Shown: positions 24,270-37,959 of the stretch, piece by piece
How positions within the stretch are numbered: the stretch's first letter is position 1
How the letters are laid out: each line of letters begins with the position of its first letter
Assembly: GCA_036785375.1 (NCBI GenBank)
Contig: JAWMAR010000471.1
Span: forward strand, 434,001 to 498,000
Origin: Leucoraja ocellata
Taxonomy: Eukaryota
Direction: 5' to 3'
Length of the DNA stretch: 64,000 nt
The notes under the pieces: model-generated
The model's database searches: none
Told to the model about the DNA's origin: nothing
Seen by the model: the letters and a program-made list of their open reading frames with translations, nothing else
Made by a program: the position numbers and the translations under genes

Positions 24270-25177
24270 CGAATTTGGTGACGATTGTGATTCTATCCAA
24301 AGGAAGATGCGGCCTCTCCAAATGTATCACTCGCTACCTGGTATCCATGGCGGTGATGGACTTCCTGGTCATCATCACCGCGGTGATCTTAAGCCGGCTT
24401 CGGGCTATTTATTTCCCGAACACAGTCCTGTCTACCATTCCGACCTGCAAGGTCCTTATTGTCCTCAGCTGGATTTCAAAAGACGCTTCCGTCTGGTTGA
24501 CGGTCGCTTTCACGTTCGATCGGTTCATCGCCATTTGCTGTCAGAAACTGAAACTAATATATTGCACCGAGAAAATCGCGGCGGGTGTTATTGCAACGGT
24601 CTGCGCGTTAGGCTGTTTGAAGAACGCCCCATTTTATTTTATATATGAGCCAGTCTACATAATTGATAATATACCCTGGTTCTGCACCATAAAAGAATCA
24701 TACTACACTTCAATCGCATGGATAGTGTACGATTGTCTACACCGCGTTTTGAACCCATGTCTCCCGTTCCTACTAATTCTGTTGCTCAATGTTGCGACGG
24801 TCAGACACATTCTAGCTGCCAGTGCAGCCCGCAAGAGGCTCCGGGCCCAGACCAACGGTGGAAAACAAAGTGACCCGGAAATGGAGAGTCGGCGGAAGTC
24901 GATCATTCTACTCATGGCGATCTCGGGCAGTTTTATGCTGTTGCGATTGACCTACGTCGCAAACTTCCTCTTTGTGCAAATTACAAGCAGCGGTTATGCA
25001 ACCCGTTCCAATTCCAACGACCCCAGGTTTATTCTCCAAGAAGGTGGATACATGCTGGAGATACTAAGTTCTTGCACCAACTCGTGCATTTACGGGGGGA
25101 CACAGACTAAGTTTAGAGAGCAGCTGCAGGAAGTGGTTAAGTATCCGTTCTATCTAATTCGCAAGCGGTTCAAATAG
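24270..25177 (+). CDS. GPR139/142-like GPCR G2, exon 2 (protein 325 aa)
   Basis: Acceptor TTCTGCAG; 7TM, TFDRF, open to TAG. Confidence 0.92.
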
Positions 25178-25464
25178 ACTGAACACATTTTTCTCTACAA
25201 CAACAATGCGGATTGTCAGTGAAACGGAGCTTGAGAGCTGTATTCTATTTTCCGTCCTTACTGTTAATGTGAGCTGCTGATGTATGCTATGTAACTCGCC
25301 CTCGCGGGCACACCAATGCAAGTTTACATCTCCGGGTCTAAACATCTGAAATAAAAGTATATACAATTCGAAGTTTCTTTCCTGTTCATGCTGTTACGAG
25401 GGTATTCAGATGCCAAGTTAAAGTCATATCATCTCTCTCCGTGTGATTCATATCCCTACTTTCC

Positions 25465-26000
25465 TAGAAACATAGAAACATAGAAAATAGGTGCAGGAGT
25501 ATGCTATTCGGTAGTTCGAGCCTACACCACCATTCAATATGATCATGGCTGATCATCCGACTCAGTATCCCGTACCTGCCTTCTCCCCACATCCCCTGAT
25601 CCCTCTAGCCACAAGGGCCACATCTAACTCCTTCTTAAATATAGCCGATAAACTACCTTCTGTGGCAGAGAGTTCCAGAGATTCACCACTCTCTGTGTGA
25701 AAAATGTTTTTCTCATCTCGGTTCTAAAGGATTTCCCCTCTATCCTTAAGCTGTGACCCCTTGTCCTGGACTTCCCCAACATCGGGAACAATCTTTCTGC
25801 ATATAGCCTGTCCAATCCCTTAAGAATTTTGTAACTTTCTGTAAGATCCCCCCTCAATCTCCTAAATTCTAGCGAGTACAAGCCGAGTCTATCCAGTCTT
25901 TCTTCATAAGAAAGTCCTGTTATCCCAGGAATCAGTCTGGCGAACCTTCTCTGCACTCCCTCTATGGCAATAATGTCCTTCCTCAGATTTGGAGACCATA
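25465..26000 (-). mobile_element. CR1/HER1-like 3' fragment
   Basis: QRRFARLIPG..FFTQRVVNLWNSLP. Confidence 0.88.
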
Positions 26001-27169
26001 TCCATTTCCTTGCATATCCACGTGTCTATTTGCAACCATCTTGTACGTCACTATCCGATTTGCCCTGAACAGCCCCTTAGCAACGCGTTCCAGGCACCCA
26101 CCGTCCTCTGTGTTAAAACCCCCCATCTCTGATAAATATTGTCCCTCCCATCCTCAAGCTGTGCTGTATAGCCGTTAACATTTACACCCGGGGAAAAAGG
26201 TTCTGACTGTCAGCTCTTTCTACTCCTATCAGGTCTCTCCCGAGCCACCGACGTTCAAGAGATGCCAATCCAAATTGGTCCAATCTACTCTTGTAACTAA
26301 AACCCTCTAGTCCATTCTGGCAAACATCACCTGCACCCACTCTTAAGCCTCCCTCTCTTTCCTGAAATGGGGCGGCCTGCACTGCACGCAATACCCCAAC
26401 ATAGACACAACAAGCGGCACAAGCAGCAACTCTGGAGAGAAGGAATGGGTGACGTTTCGAGACCCTTCTTCAGACGTGACTTGCAATGTTTTATACTCAA
26501 TGCCCAGACCGTTGAAGGAATTCATGCTCTGCTTGTAACAGTCATACATTGACCTGCTGGTTATATCTGATTTTCTGTTTGATTTTGTTATTTTCTGAAT
26601 CTGTGGTTATTCGCTTTATAACGCGAAAAATGATTGTGTAGAGTGCGTGAGCAATATGTATTGTGTGAGACATTACCCAGTGTAATATGCACTCTGATCA
26701 CGTCTACTACTGCAGAAAGTGAGATCGACCCGTCCGCATTTACCTCAGCATTCAAACCTGATAAATTTCCTCCAAGTCATAATTTAATGTGCAACTTACA
26801 CTGGAAGTGTACAACATAACATACGTCGAGACGTAGCCCACAGGGCTGGGCCTGGGACTGGAGACATGTAACCACACGTTTGACATAACATTGTAAGTGA
26901 TGAAATCGTTCATTATAATAATAATCTGACCTGCTCCGCCTGGGTCGGCAGAACACGCGGCCGATCCCTGGGTCGACGGAACCCGCGGCTGGGGCCTGGG
27001 TCGGCGCCACGGAGGCGTCAGGAGGAGACCCGGTGGCAACAGTCGAGAGGTCGGTGCGACGTTCGACGAGGGCGCCGGCCTGTGCACGAGGATGGACCAC
27101 GTGGGAATGTGGACGATGTTGCTTGGGGGATGACGAAGGAGGACCCGGCGAGGCAGGACCGCCGTGAAG

Positions 27170-27209
27170 CGGGGGGGGGGGGGGGGGGGGGGGGACATTG
27201 AAGGACCCG

Positions 27210-27256
<47 letters not shown>

Positions 27257-27260
27257 GGGG
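27170..27260. repeat. Poly-G / (TG)n / poly-G compound microsatellite
   Basis: Seen directly. Confidence 0.9.
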
Positions 27261-30200
27261 TTGTAGGAGAACAAAGGAGGACCTGGCGTAGATGTAACTT
27301 TGTCGGCGTCTCTTTACGTGGCGACTATTGCATACCTTTTCACCGTGACTTGTCACATGACAACAAAGTATTGATTGAGTGATCGATCGTCGATTGATTG
27401 ATTGATTGGTCGATTGATCGATTCAATCATTCAAATAAAAGAAACGGAAATGTAAATAGCATGATCTACGATCCCAGGAGAAACGTCAGAGAGCTTTGTT
27501 GAATATCTATCCGCGCAGCGTTTGGAGAACATTGCACACATCCGTAAAATTCAGGCTGCATTTAAAATGATTTGATGTGTAGGAAGGAACTGCAGATGCT
27601 GGTTTAAATCGAAGGTAGAAACAAAATGCCGGAGTACCTCACCAGGACATGCAGCATCTCTGCAGAGAAAAATTTATATTTTTGATTTGAGAATATTACC
27701 AGTGTAGTACAGGGGAAAGAGCAGCTTGAATATGTCCCAATGGAAAGAGAGTGGAATAGATTTACGAGGATGTTGCAAGGACTCGAGGGCATGAGCTACA
27801 GGGAGAGATTGGGGAGACTGCGACTTTACACGATGCAGTGCAGGCGGCTGAGTGTTGATCCAAAAGTGATGTACAAAATCACGAGTGGAAGGGACAGGGC
27901 GAATCGACAAAGCTTTACGGGGTAGGGGAATCAAAACAAGGAGGGATAGTTTTAGGGTGAGATTTAATAGGAAGTTGAGCGGCATTTTTGCTCCCAGATT
28001 GTGGTAGGCTTATGGACCGACCTGCCAGGGGAGGAGGTCGTGGAGGCAACGACTACAACATTTCAAACGGATTTGGACAATGGGGTGCACAGGAAAGGAT
28101 ATGGGGGGAAACAGGCAAATGCGACTATCTTACAAGGGGTATCTTTGTCGACTTGGGCTAACTGGGCCGAAGGGATTATACCGGGTGGTGTGGCTCTGAT
28201 GCATTTGCGCATACAAAATGTTTTAACCATGCTACTCGCGGGATATTATTGTGCAAGAGTAAACACATGAGATCGACAATAATGCATATAATGGCAGTTT
28301 TACGACATTCTCACACTTCGATAGCCATTACTCCTCGGCAATGGTTGGGTGTCATGAGTGTGTGGTAAAAACACTGTATTCTCACCATCCTTCCGAGACC
28401 CAACTGACACCTAATCAATGAGTCTGCTCTAGTGTCTTCTAGAAATAGACACACTCCTACAACGTATCAAATCCCACCTACAAAAGTACAGCCAAATAAA
28501 AACTAAAATATTAAAATTGTTAGACATCGCTATAATATCCTGACTTAGGCGTAATTACACCTACAATGTAGTTATGTGCAGAGGGGAAACAAAGAGAAAC
28601 AAAGAGGAGGATTACGACTATTTTACTGAGTGATGGCGAATGACTATTTGTAGGATGTTACAACATTTTCAGTTCTCAAACACCAAGCCTATAATTTATC
28701 CCATCAGATAAAGCTTAAAAATAACTTTAATTTGATAACCAATCCACTTTCATATCTCCAGTATAAAAAAAGTCGAGGTCACTTTCATACTAGGAAATTA
28801 GCATCTTGTTCCCTATTGCTTTTCCATTGACTTAACACAGAATCTGTGATCGAGGACAGTCAATTGACATAAAAGCCAATGACTTTCTTAAAAATTAAGA
28901 GAACTGATTGAAATTTTCAGTTATTATAGACTGAAGCTTTCGAAAACAAATATGATACATCTTACTTGGATGGCCTGAAATTAAAGTATATAATTAGTTA
29001 TTTACCTAATTTCGCAGCTAAATACAAAATTAACCGTTGTGCCGGGAATTAATTGTCTTATTACCCATTTCGCCTCGAGGTTGTTTAGGTATTTAAAATC
29101 CCGCGGACCAAATCAGTTTCCTGTCCTGTTTGCCATGCCTACGGGGATTGAGGGGCAGGGGAGGTTAGGACACCTGTATTGATACCGCTACCTGCCCAGG
29201 ATTCGAGTCTCGGTCGCGTTTATCATTGAGTTTCAGTCTGAGTTCATTTTATTTTTGGATATACGATTCTATCAACGTCCTGACAGTGTACCGTATTTAC
29301 AAATATTTTCGGTATTAACACCATACAGTTGTCAACAGGGCGACGTGATGAAAATTAGTTACTTTGATGTTCATTATTTCACAACACCGTTGGACATTAT
29401 TTTATAAAGAGGCTGTTAAACATTTTAGTGTCGCCGAGCATAAATCTGCATAACCCAGTCACGCTGGTGAAGAGGATATGGAATGCATCCAGCCCGTTCT
29501 ACAAACCAAATTGTCAATGCCTTATATTTAATGCTGGGTTTCTGCCTGAAGCGAGCCTTTGCGGTGGCGCGGATGTCAATGTTCAGCGCTGGCTCTATGC
29601 TGTTCATCGGATCCATGCCAGCATAGCCTGGACGAATAAAGTTCCCAACGGGGAAACCTACTGGCTTGCTATGTTTATCTTAATACGCAACTCAAGCGCG
29701 AGCAATTCGGCGGAACTTTAGTTTCCCCCTGAGTCAGTGAACCTGTCAATTCAGGGAACGTATCAATGGACAACAGGTGGTTTCTTACGAATAATACTCA
29801 AATAACACACAGACAAATCTGAAATCGAGGACTACTCTATTTTGGGATTGTGTACTGTCAGCGTCTAACGCTTATTTCGCACCCGGCATTATTGCCACAC
29901 GGCTATATCATCATTAGGCTTACTGCAGATAGCACACATTAACCTAAAGCGGACAATCACATATGAAGTCCCGAACAAGGGGTTACAGTTTAAGGATAAG
30001 GGGAAATCTTTTAGGACCGGATGAGAAACATATTTTTCACACAGAAAGTGTTGAATCTCTGGAATTCTCTGTCACAGTAGGTAGTTGAGGTTCATTGGCT
30101 ATATTTAAGAGGGAGTTGTGGCTAAAGGGATCAGGGGGTATGGGGAGAAGGCAGGTAGAGGATACTGAGTTGGATGATCAGCCATGATCATATTGAATGG

Positions 30201-30358
30201 TGGTGCAGACTCGAAGGGCTGAATGGCCTACTCCTGCACGTATTTTCTATGTTTCTATGAATGAACAGCCTACATACGGTTACAAGGAAGTAAACTCTTT
30301 ATTTTTTATGTTTACAATTACCATGTGATGTAGGGGCGGGCATTGATTTTCTTGCCAC

Positions 30359-31263
30359 TTACTTGATTTTCTTAATCAGGTTGAAGGGGTATGTGACCGC
30401 ATTTTTCAACTGCTCTCTGAATTTGGTCTGTGTCCCCGCATAAATGCACGAGTTGGTGCAGGAACTGAGAAGCTCTAGCATATATCCGCTTTCTTGAAGA
30501 ATAAACCTCGGGTCAGTGGAATTGGAACTGCTGGCATAGTTGTTGCTCGAAAACTGCACAAACAGGAAGTTGACAACGAACGTCAGGCGCAGCAACAGGA
30601 AACTACCCGAGATGGCGAAGAGTAAAATGATGGACTTCCTCCTGCTCTCCATCTCTGGATCTCTCTGGTTGTCTCCATTGCTCTGGGCCCGGAGCCTCTT
30701 ACGGGCTCCACTGGCCGCCAAGATGTGTCTCACTGTCAGGGCGTTAAGTAACAAAATCAGAAGGAAAGGGAAACATGGGTTTAATATACGATGCAGCCAG
30801 TCATAAACTCGCCAGGAAGTTGAAGTATAATAGACTTCTTTTATGCTGCAATACCAGGGCACCTTATCGATAATATACACGGGCTCATAAACAAAGTAGA
30901 GCGGTATGTTTTTGAAACAGACAAGGGCGCAGATTACTCCAATAACTGCAGCCGCCGTTTTCTCCGTACAATAACCGTGTTTCAGTCGCTGGCAGCAAAT
31001 GGCGATGAACCGATCGAAGGTGAACGCGACAGTTAGCCAGACGGAAGTGTCTTTGCAAGCCCAGCTGACTGCAATGACGACACTGCAGGCGGGATTTGTT
31101 GCCAAGAAACTAAGCGGGAAATAAATTGGCCGCAGCCGGGTCAATATCACGGCTGCGAGAATGACCAGGAGATCCGTCACCGCCATGAACACCAGGTAGC
31201 GAGTGATGCATTTGGAAAGGCCGCATCTTCCCTGGGAGAGAATCACGATCGTCACCATATTGG
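30359..31263 (-). CDS. GPR139/142-like GPCR G3, exon 2 (protein 324 aa)
   Basis: Acceptor TTTCACAG; 7TM, TFDRF, open to TAA. Confidence 0.92.
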
Positions 31264-33020
31264 CTGTGAAACAAACAAAACTACGATGGAATTATTCATC
31301 ATAATTCCGGCCGCGTCGCCAGTTTTTATCGGAACGTAGAAACGAAATGCGGTACTGGTGTAATTTGCTGTGGTTGAAAAATAATACTCGCGAGGCTTTT
31401 TGCCCCCCCCCCATCTCTTTTTCAGCTTCCTCTTCCGCCGACAATCAGATGAAAGAAGAGTCCTGACACGAGACTTTCGCCCCTCCACGTCCTTCATAGA
31501 CGCTGCCTGACCCGTTTATCAGTTAAAATGACCACACCGAATGGAAACGTTGCCGCATAGCTTAACTTAGTAGTATTTGGTTTTAAATGTTTATGGTTTA
31601 GAACGGAAGAAATGGAGAAAACATGTAATTAATATTAAATTAGGAAAATGCATACATTCCAAAGCAAACAGTGGAACCTGACTCAGGTGACCAATGACAA
31701 ACATGAATAACATTCTCTGGTGATAATAGACCTACCGAATTGTTGCCTAAATTTGCCATGCCCTATCGAGGCACAATATTAAAACCTATGCCCCTGTCCC
31801 ACTTAGGAAACCTGAACAGAAACATCTGGAGACTTTGCGCCCCACCCAATGTTTCCGTGCGGTTCCCGGAGGTTTCCGGAGGTTTTTGTCAGTCTACCTG
31901 CTTCCACTACCTGCAACCTCCGGAATCTTACAAACAGCGCCGAAACATTGAAGCGGCTCCATTGTCATCCTGACACTTTTATATTTGCACTTTCTCTGTC
32001 TATGCAACACTATATTCTGCACTCTGCTATTTTGTTTTCCTGAGCACTAACTATGCATTGTACACTTAAACGATATGAGTTGCCTGCATATCATTGCATC
32101 ACACATTAGTCCACTGTATCTCCATACACGGCAATAATATACATATACCTATAATATATCAATAGCAGTAAATGTTTCACTGCATATCGGTAAACGTGAC
32201 AATGCACTAAACTCAAATACTGATACCGATTAAGTTACTTTCCTTTCGATGTGGGGAGAGGTTGGCTTTGCCGGAGAGAATTATCCTGTTTGGTTTATAA
32301 TGACCTCATCGGATTCTGGACTAAATAAGCGGACCGGCTTCAGTTTAACGTCATACAGGGAAAGGAACATATGGAAGCTGCTTTGTCAAAAACAAATACA
32401 AACTGTTATTTTAAAAATGTGAAGAAGGGTCTCGACCGGAAAAGTCACACATTCCCTTTCTCCAGAGATGTTGCCTGACCGGCTTACTTACTCCAGCCTT
32501 TTGCACCAGTCTTTGGTTTAAACCAGCATCTGCAGTTCCTCCCTTCATGGACATGCGAAGTCTGATACAGAAAATTCGTTTAAAGCACGAAGACCGCATA
32601 CGATGGCGGTACACAAAAAGGCTGGAGAAACTCAGCGGGTGCAGCAGCATCTCTGAAGCGAAGGGAATATGGAACGTTTTGCCACTCAAATAAGTGCATA
32701 TTCCAATGCCTGCATTTGTTACCTGCAGAAATATTCGAACGAATGTCAATCTGAAAACGGAATAGTATAAGTGAATGCATTCTCCGTGTTGAGGCACTAG
32801 ATTGTACCCATTAAAATGTTAACGCGAGCAAAGATTGGGGAATCTGGGCGTCGATTACAAAGTAAGGCAGGTGAAAGGAAAATAAAATTTCAAATTAACA
32901 AAGCTTTTCACTGTACGTGACAATATATAAACGTATCTAACCGTTCTAACGAGGGACCTGCAACTGGATGTAACACGGTTTAACTTCGGTTTCCGCTATG
33001 CGTTTACTGGGAAGATTTAC

Positions 33021-33090
33021 CTGGCAAGCCAAACGCCGCAAGAGTAGTGTAGTAAACGGCAAAGATTGGTGCATTTCCAGGCGCGTGCAT
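33021..33090 (-). CDS. GPCR G3 exon 1 (MHAPGNAPIFAVYYTTLAAFGLP)
   Basis: Conserved 70-nt exon, donor GTAAAT. Confidence 0.9.
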
Positions 33091-33623
33091 TTTCTTTGGA
33101 AAGACCTGCTGATAACGTGCCAATAACTACTGAAACACTTATGATGTACTTCTATTTATACCCGGCACCAATCTCAACGGCTGTAGGTAACTTGCATCAT
33201 CAGAATTGTTAATTGACATTTTCTGAATAAACAAATTAAGTCTTTTCACGCACGTGTGACGTAATCCAGCAGCATGATTAAAAACGTGACACGGCTCTCA
33301 TTTGCGATGGAAATCTCGTTTCGGACAAGGTAGAAATATTGTCCCTTGTGAGATAAGAGATTAAGGTTCGTGTCTTTTAACTGATTGCGAAATAGGACAT
33401 CGTCGAAGGAGATTGACAAATATATATTTCATGAGGAGCAAAACTGAAGAAATTGAGATTTGGAATTGAGATTTGGAAACCGGGTTGTGTGACATTTTGG
33501 CAAAGGGACATAATAGTTGTTGTGTTCAAGAAGGAACTGCAGATGCTGAAAGATCGAAGGTACACACAAATTCTGGAGAAACTCAGCGGGTGCAGCAGCA
33601 TCTATGGAGCGAAGGAAATAGGT

Positions 33624-33651
33624 GACGTTTCGGGCCGAAACCCTTCTTCAG
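33624..33651 (-). ncRNA. Minimal hammerhead-ribozyme-like core in Penelope-derived repeat
   Basis: CTGAAGA-AGGGT-TTCG-GCCC-GAAACGTC. Confidence 0.55.
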
Positions 33652-34451
33652 ATTGCGGATATACGGAGATCCATGCAGAAATGACCGGTTTTGTTAGACT
33701 TAGGGGACGGAAACACAATTTATAGACTTACAGAAAACGTGGCGGATGTGTGGTTTTGCCAAGGATAGACATAGAGAAAATAAAATGATTGACAACGTGT
33801 TGGAGTGGTTAGGCAGAACGCGGCTGAAAGGGGATTCTCGGGGATTGGTTATTTTGCATTATGTTATGTGCAAAGAAAACATTGATAAATAACCCAGAGG
33901 GCTGTGCCGCTGAAAGCATCTTATCGAGGTGCATCGCAGCCTGGTTTGCGAGCAGCTCCGACCAAGCAGGCCATCATTTAAATCAGCCTCTCTTCCATTG
34001 ACCCCATGTACACTTCGGGATGCGCCGGCAAGGACCAAGGACACAATCAAGGACCAATCTCACCCCGGTCAATTACCCTTTCTCCCCAATTTGATCACGC
34101 ACGAATTACAGCAGTTTGAAAACGCATACCTCTAGATTCAGGGACAGATTCATCCCAGCTGTTATTAGGCAACTGAACAATTCTGTCAGCTCGACTACGG
34201 TTATGACCTCCCACCTGCTTAGTAGGAGACCATTGCACTTTAATCGGAATTTATCGGGGCGTGTTGAGTAGGCTGGAACTATTTCCTTGGGGTGCAGCAG
34301 GACGAGGGTGATCTTTTCGAGGTGTATCAAACCATGAGACGAATAGATCGGGTAGGTGCATAGAGTCTCTTTCCCAGATTAGGTGAATCTAGGAACAGAG
34401 TTTTGTTTAAAGACTCGCGCGCTAAGCTGACAGCGCTCTGTTTAAAACGTT

Positions 34452-34538
34452 GCACGCCAAGTCTGCAGAGCAGTGTGTATTACCTTGGCGCGCCAAGTCT
34501 GCAGAGCAGTGTGTATTACCTTGGCGCGCCAAGTCTGC
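34452..34538 (+). repeat. 36-bp tandem repeat, ~2.4 copies
   Basis: GCGCCAAGTCTGCAGAGCAGTGTGTATTACCTTGGC units. Confidence 0.85.
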
Positions 34539-37092
34539 GGCTGATAGCGATTTGTTTCCAAAGGGGGAGCTTGCTCGGATGTAGTCCCCTGTCATTGGTT
34601 GTAATTTAAATTTTGGAGCAGCGCTATCGGCCAGGACCTACCGGCGGTTAAGTCAACGTCTGGTTCGCTCTGGAATTCTCTGCCACAGAAGGTAGTTGAA
34701 GCCAGTTCATTGGCTATATTTAAGAGGGAGTTAGATGTGGCCCTTGTGGCTAAAGGGATCAGGGGGAATGCAGAGAAGGCAGGTACAGGATACTGAGTTG
34801 GATGATCAGCCATGATCATATTGAATGGCGGTGCAAGCTCGAAGGGCCGAATGGCCTACTCCTGTACCTATTTTCTATATTTCTATGTGTCTATGATCTC
34901 GGCCTGTATAAAGTCAGGCGCCGGTAAGCTATAAGGTAGTTCTTGACGAAAAGGGTTCACCGACGGGCTGGGTTGCAATCAGCGCCGCAGACGGAAGCAG
35001 ATAGAGAGAGAGGTGCGCTGCTGTTCTGTAAGACGGTTTTTGTTCTCTCTCTTGCGAATAAAACTGATTTATAACTTAACGGACGAATTTGCCTTTTTTC
35101 AGTTCTACTACACAGATCCTTGAACCTGTTCCATTGTCACAGGAGGTAGTTGAGGCTGGGACAATGCGAATGTTTAAGAAACAGTTAGACTGGTATACGG
35201 ACAGGACAGATTTGGATTGGGATATAAACCGAATGCGGGCAGTTGGTACTCGTGTAGCTGGGACATGTTGGGACATGCTGGTCTTTGTGGGCAAGAAGGC
35301 CCGAAGGGCCTCTTTCCTCGCTGCTTCATTCTGTGACTAAATAACTCTACCGCAATACATGTTTTGCTTCCGCGCTTGTTTTGTGGCCCGCTGAGTTCTT
35401 CGCACGCCCTGATTGTGAGCTATTATAGAAAGTTAGGCATTATCGTGACTTGCAGGATCGTTTAACGGACGTATTCTCACCCCGAATGTTTAAAAAAAAT
35501 GCCATTTACGCGTTATAATGGATCCGGTTTGAGTGACTGTTGAACAATATCCCTTATCTATTCACCTGATCTTAGCCCTAATCAACGCACATTTTATTGC
35601 TGATCATTACCATTTACGACAGCGCTCCGCGTACCAGTTAACAATAACTTATATATCATCAATTGATATTGCCACGTTCGCTCTTCGGCATCATTAAGCG
35701 TATGTCTATAATTTATCGAATCAGACAGAGGATTCAGTGCGATTGATTGATTGGAAGATACAGCAAGGAAACGGATACTTCGGCCCACCGAGTCCATGCC
35801 GATCCCCGAACGCACGTTCACACTGGTTCCATGCCCTTCTACTTTGGTGTCCGCTCCAGCGCACATTGAGCAATTTACAGATGCCAATGAACCTACAAAC
35901 CGGTACGTCTTTGGGATGTGGGAAGAAACCGGAGAACCCGAAGGAAACCCACGTGGTTACAGGTAGAATGTGCAAACTCCACACAGCCAGCGCCTAATAT
36001 CAGGCTGTAACGTACGATACGATACGATTGCACTTAATTGTCAGACCGATGTCTGAAATTTGTTTTTGCATACTGCCACACAGTAAAATAAAGAACACAA
36101 AGCACAATAGAGTCTAACAGAAAACATCCCCACACAGCAGAATCGAAATGTTTCCCACTGTGAGGGAAGGCATCCAAGCCAGTCATCTTCCTCTGATGGT
36201 CCTGATTTTCACCCGTGGTCGGGGCCTCCGGAGCCCTCCGCAGTCGCCGCTATGGGCAGCCCGCCGCTCAGGCCCACTCGCCGGGGTGATGGAACTCCGG
36301 CATCCGAACGGGAGACCTACCTCAGCGGCTTGGACCTCCGATTCGGCCTCTGCCCACCGAGGTCCGCGGCTCCCGACGTCCTCAGGCCGCGCCGGGTGGA
36401 GCTTCATGCTGGTGGCCCTTGGTCTCCGGTAGGAAAGGCCGCTCCGATCCAGTGGTAGGCCGCGAGGATGGGGGTGAGGGGGGGGGGGGGGGGGGTGCGT
36501 GGCTGCGAGGACGCTACACAGAGAAATAGTCGCGTCCTCGCCAGGAAGCACTGGTAAACGGTTCCCCCCTTACCCTGCCCCCCTCCCCCCTCCCCCACAT
36601 GGGAAAACTAAAGAATGCCCAAAATAAACTGTTTAGACAAACTAAAATAAATAAAAATGATGGGAAAAAACGGACAGACTGCAGGTAGACGCTGGTAGCA
36701 TATACATATACATGAGTCTCTGGTGCTGCGAGACAGCAAATCCCATTCCTTCACTCCAGAGATGCTGCCTGTCCCGCTGAGTTATTCCAGCATTTTGTGT
36801 CTACCTTCGATTTAAACCAGTGTCGGTAGTTTCACAACTCAATAGCTATGTCATTATTATGAGTCATAGGCCCGCGCAGCTCAGTAGGGTGGCCCTTCTC
36901 CAACCCGTTTCATGTTGTGACCGCCCCGCCCACTTCGCGTTTGGTTCATTCGCATTGGCAGCATTGCTTCCTTTCATCTTTGCGAGCCGGCTGCAGCCGG
37001 TCGGAGCTGGTTGAGTTAGCTGGTTCTACAGTTAGCATATTTGATCCGACAGTGTGTTTCAAAGATTGTTTACTTACAGAATCGTGCCCATT

Positions 37093-37138
37093 ATGTGTGA
37101 ACACCGCCTCCCGATCTTTGTTCTCATGTCACTTCTCA
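37093..37138 (+). CDS. Leader exon of V3 (MCEHRLPIFVLMSLL)
   Basis: ATG..CTC A|GTAAGG; homologous to V4 leader. Confidence 0.85.
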
Positions 37139-37265
37139 GTAAGGATTTTCACCCAGTAAAAATCCTGTCTTCCCACGAATGCTATCGCCTGATTTCTGCC
37201 GATGTAAAGATAATGCTGATGCCGGTTCAATCATGGTGATTCTGACAATTTCTCTTTTCTCTTAG

Positions 37266-37569
37266 ACTGGAGCCATCAAAATGCGGTGGAACAGACCGAA
37301 GCAGAAACCGCGTTTGCAGAGGGAACGGATGTAACACTCAAGTGCCTGCTGAAAACCAGCGATTCCCTCCCATTTGTTTACTGGTACAAGCAGTGCCTTG
37401 GACATTCTCCGCAGTACCTGATTCAGGTTATAGGATATAACGTATACAGGGCGAAGGGCATCACAGATCGATACTCTGCTACATTCAATACAACTACAAA
37501 GACGGGCGAGTTCGTGATACGTGACGGCGTGTTCTCCGATTCCGCCCTGTACATATGTGCTATGCGATA
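37266..37569 (+). CDS. TCR alpha/delta V exon V3
   Basis: Acceptor CTCTTAG; VEQ..TLKC..VYWYKQ..DSALYICAMR. Confidence 0.93.
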
Positions 37570-37608
37570 CACACTGGTGCAAATGTGCCGCGGGCTCGAA
37601 CAAAATCC
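37570..37608 (+). other. 23-RSS of V3
   Basis: CACACTG + 23 nt + ACAAAATCC. Confidence 0.9.
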
Positions 37609-37959
37609 CACCTTCGGTGTTTGTCATAATCGATCGCTAGAGGGCGCACTTAGTCATAAAACAGAAAGGGCTGCCTCAATAAAAGATAGCTTTAGACATT
37701 AGATTTTAGACCTTAGAGATACTACGCGGAAGTGGATCCTTACGAACACCGATTACCAGCGGATCATCCCACACAGTAGCACTATCTTGCACACCAGGGA
37801 CAATTACAACTACTAGGACTGAACAATGGCGCTGCTTGTACGACTGGTTTACACTTGGACTATATCTGAGATGGTTCTCTGATATGTATCTAAGTGCTCA
37901 TGTATATTGATACGTGTATTGAACGGCATATGAAAATGAATTTCACTTTACCTCGGCAC

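Noticed and set aside
26752-27382. Pro/Gly-rich ORFs
   Set aside because: Arise from poly-G/(TG)n inside a GC-rich repeat.
28560-29060. AT-rich segment resembling a non-autonomous DNA transposon
   Set aside because: Could not define terminal repeats or a family by eye.
34452-34538. 36-bp repeats suggestive of CRISPR
   Set aside because: Contiguous tandem units with no spacers, in vertebrate DNA.
35036-35044. GGTTTTTGT nonamer (also ~18327, ~31881) as a possible J RSS
   Set aside because: No heptamer at 12 or 23 nt and no FGxG J frame; inside repeat-like sequence.
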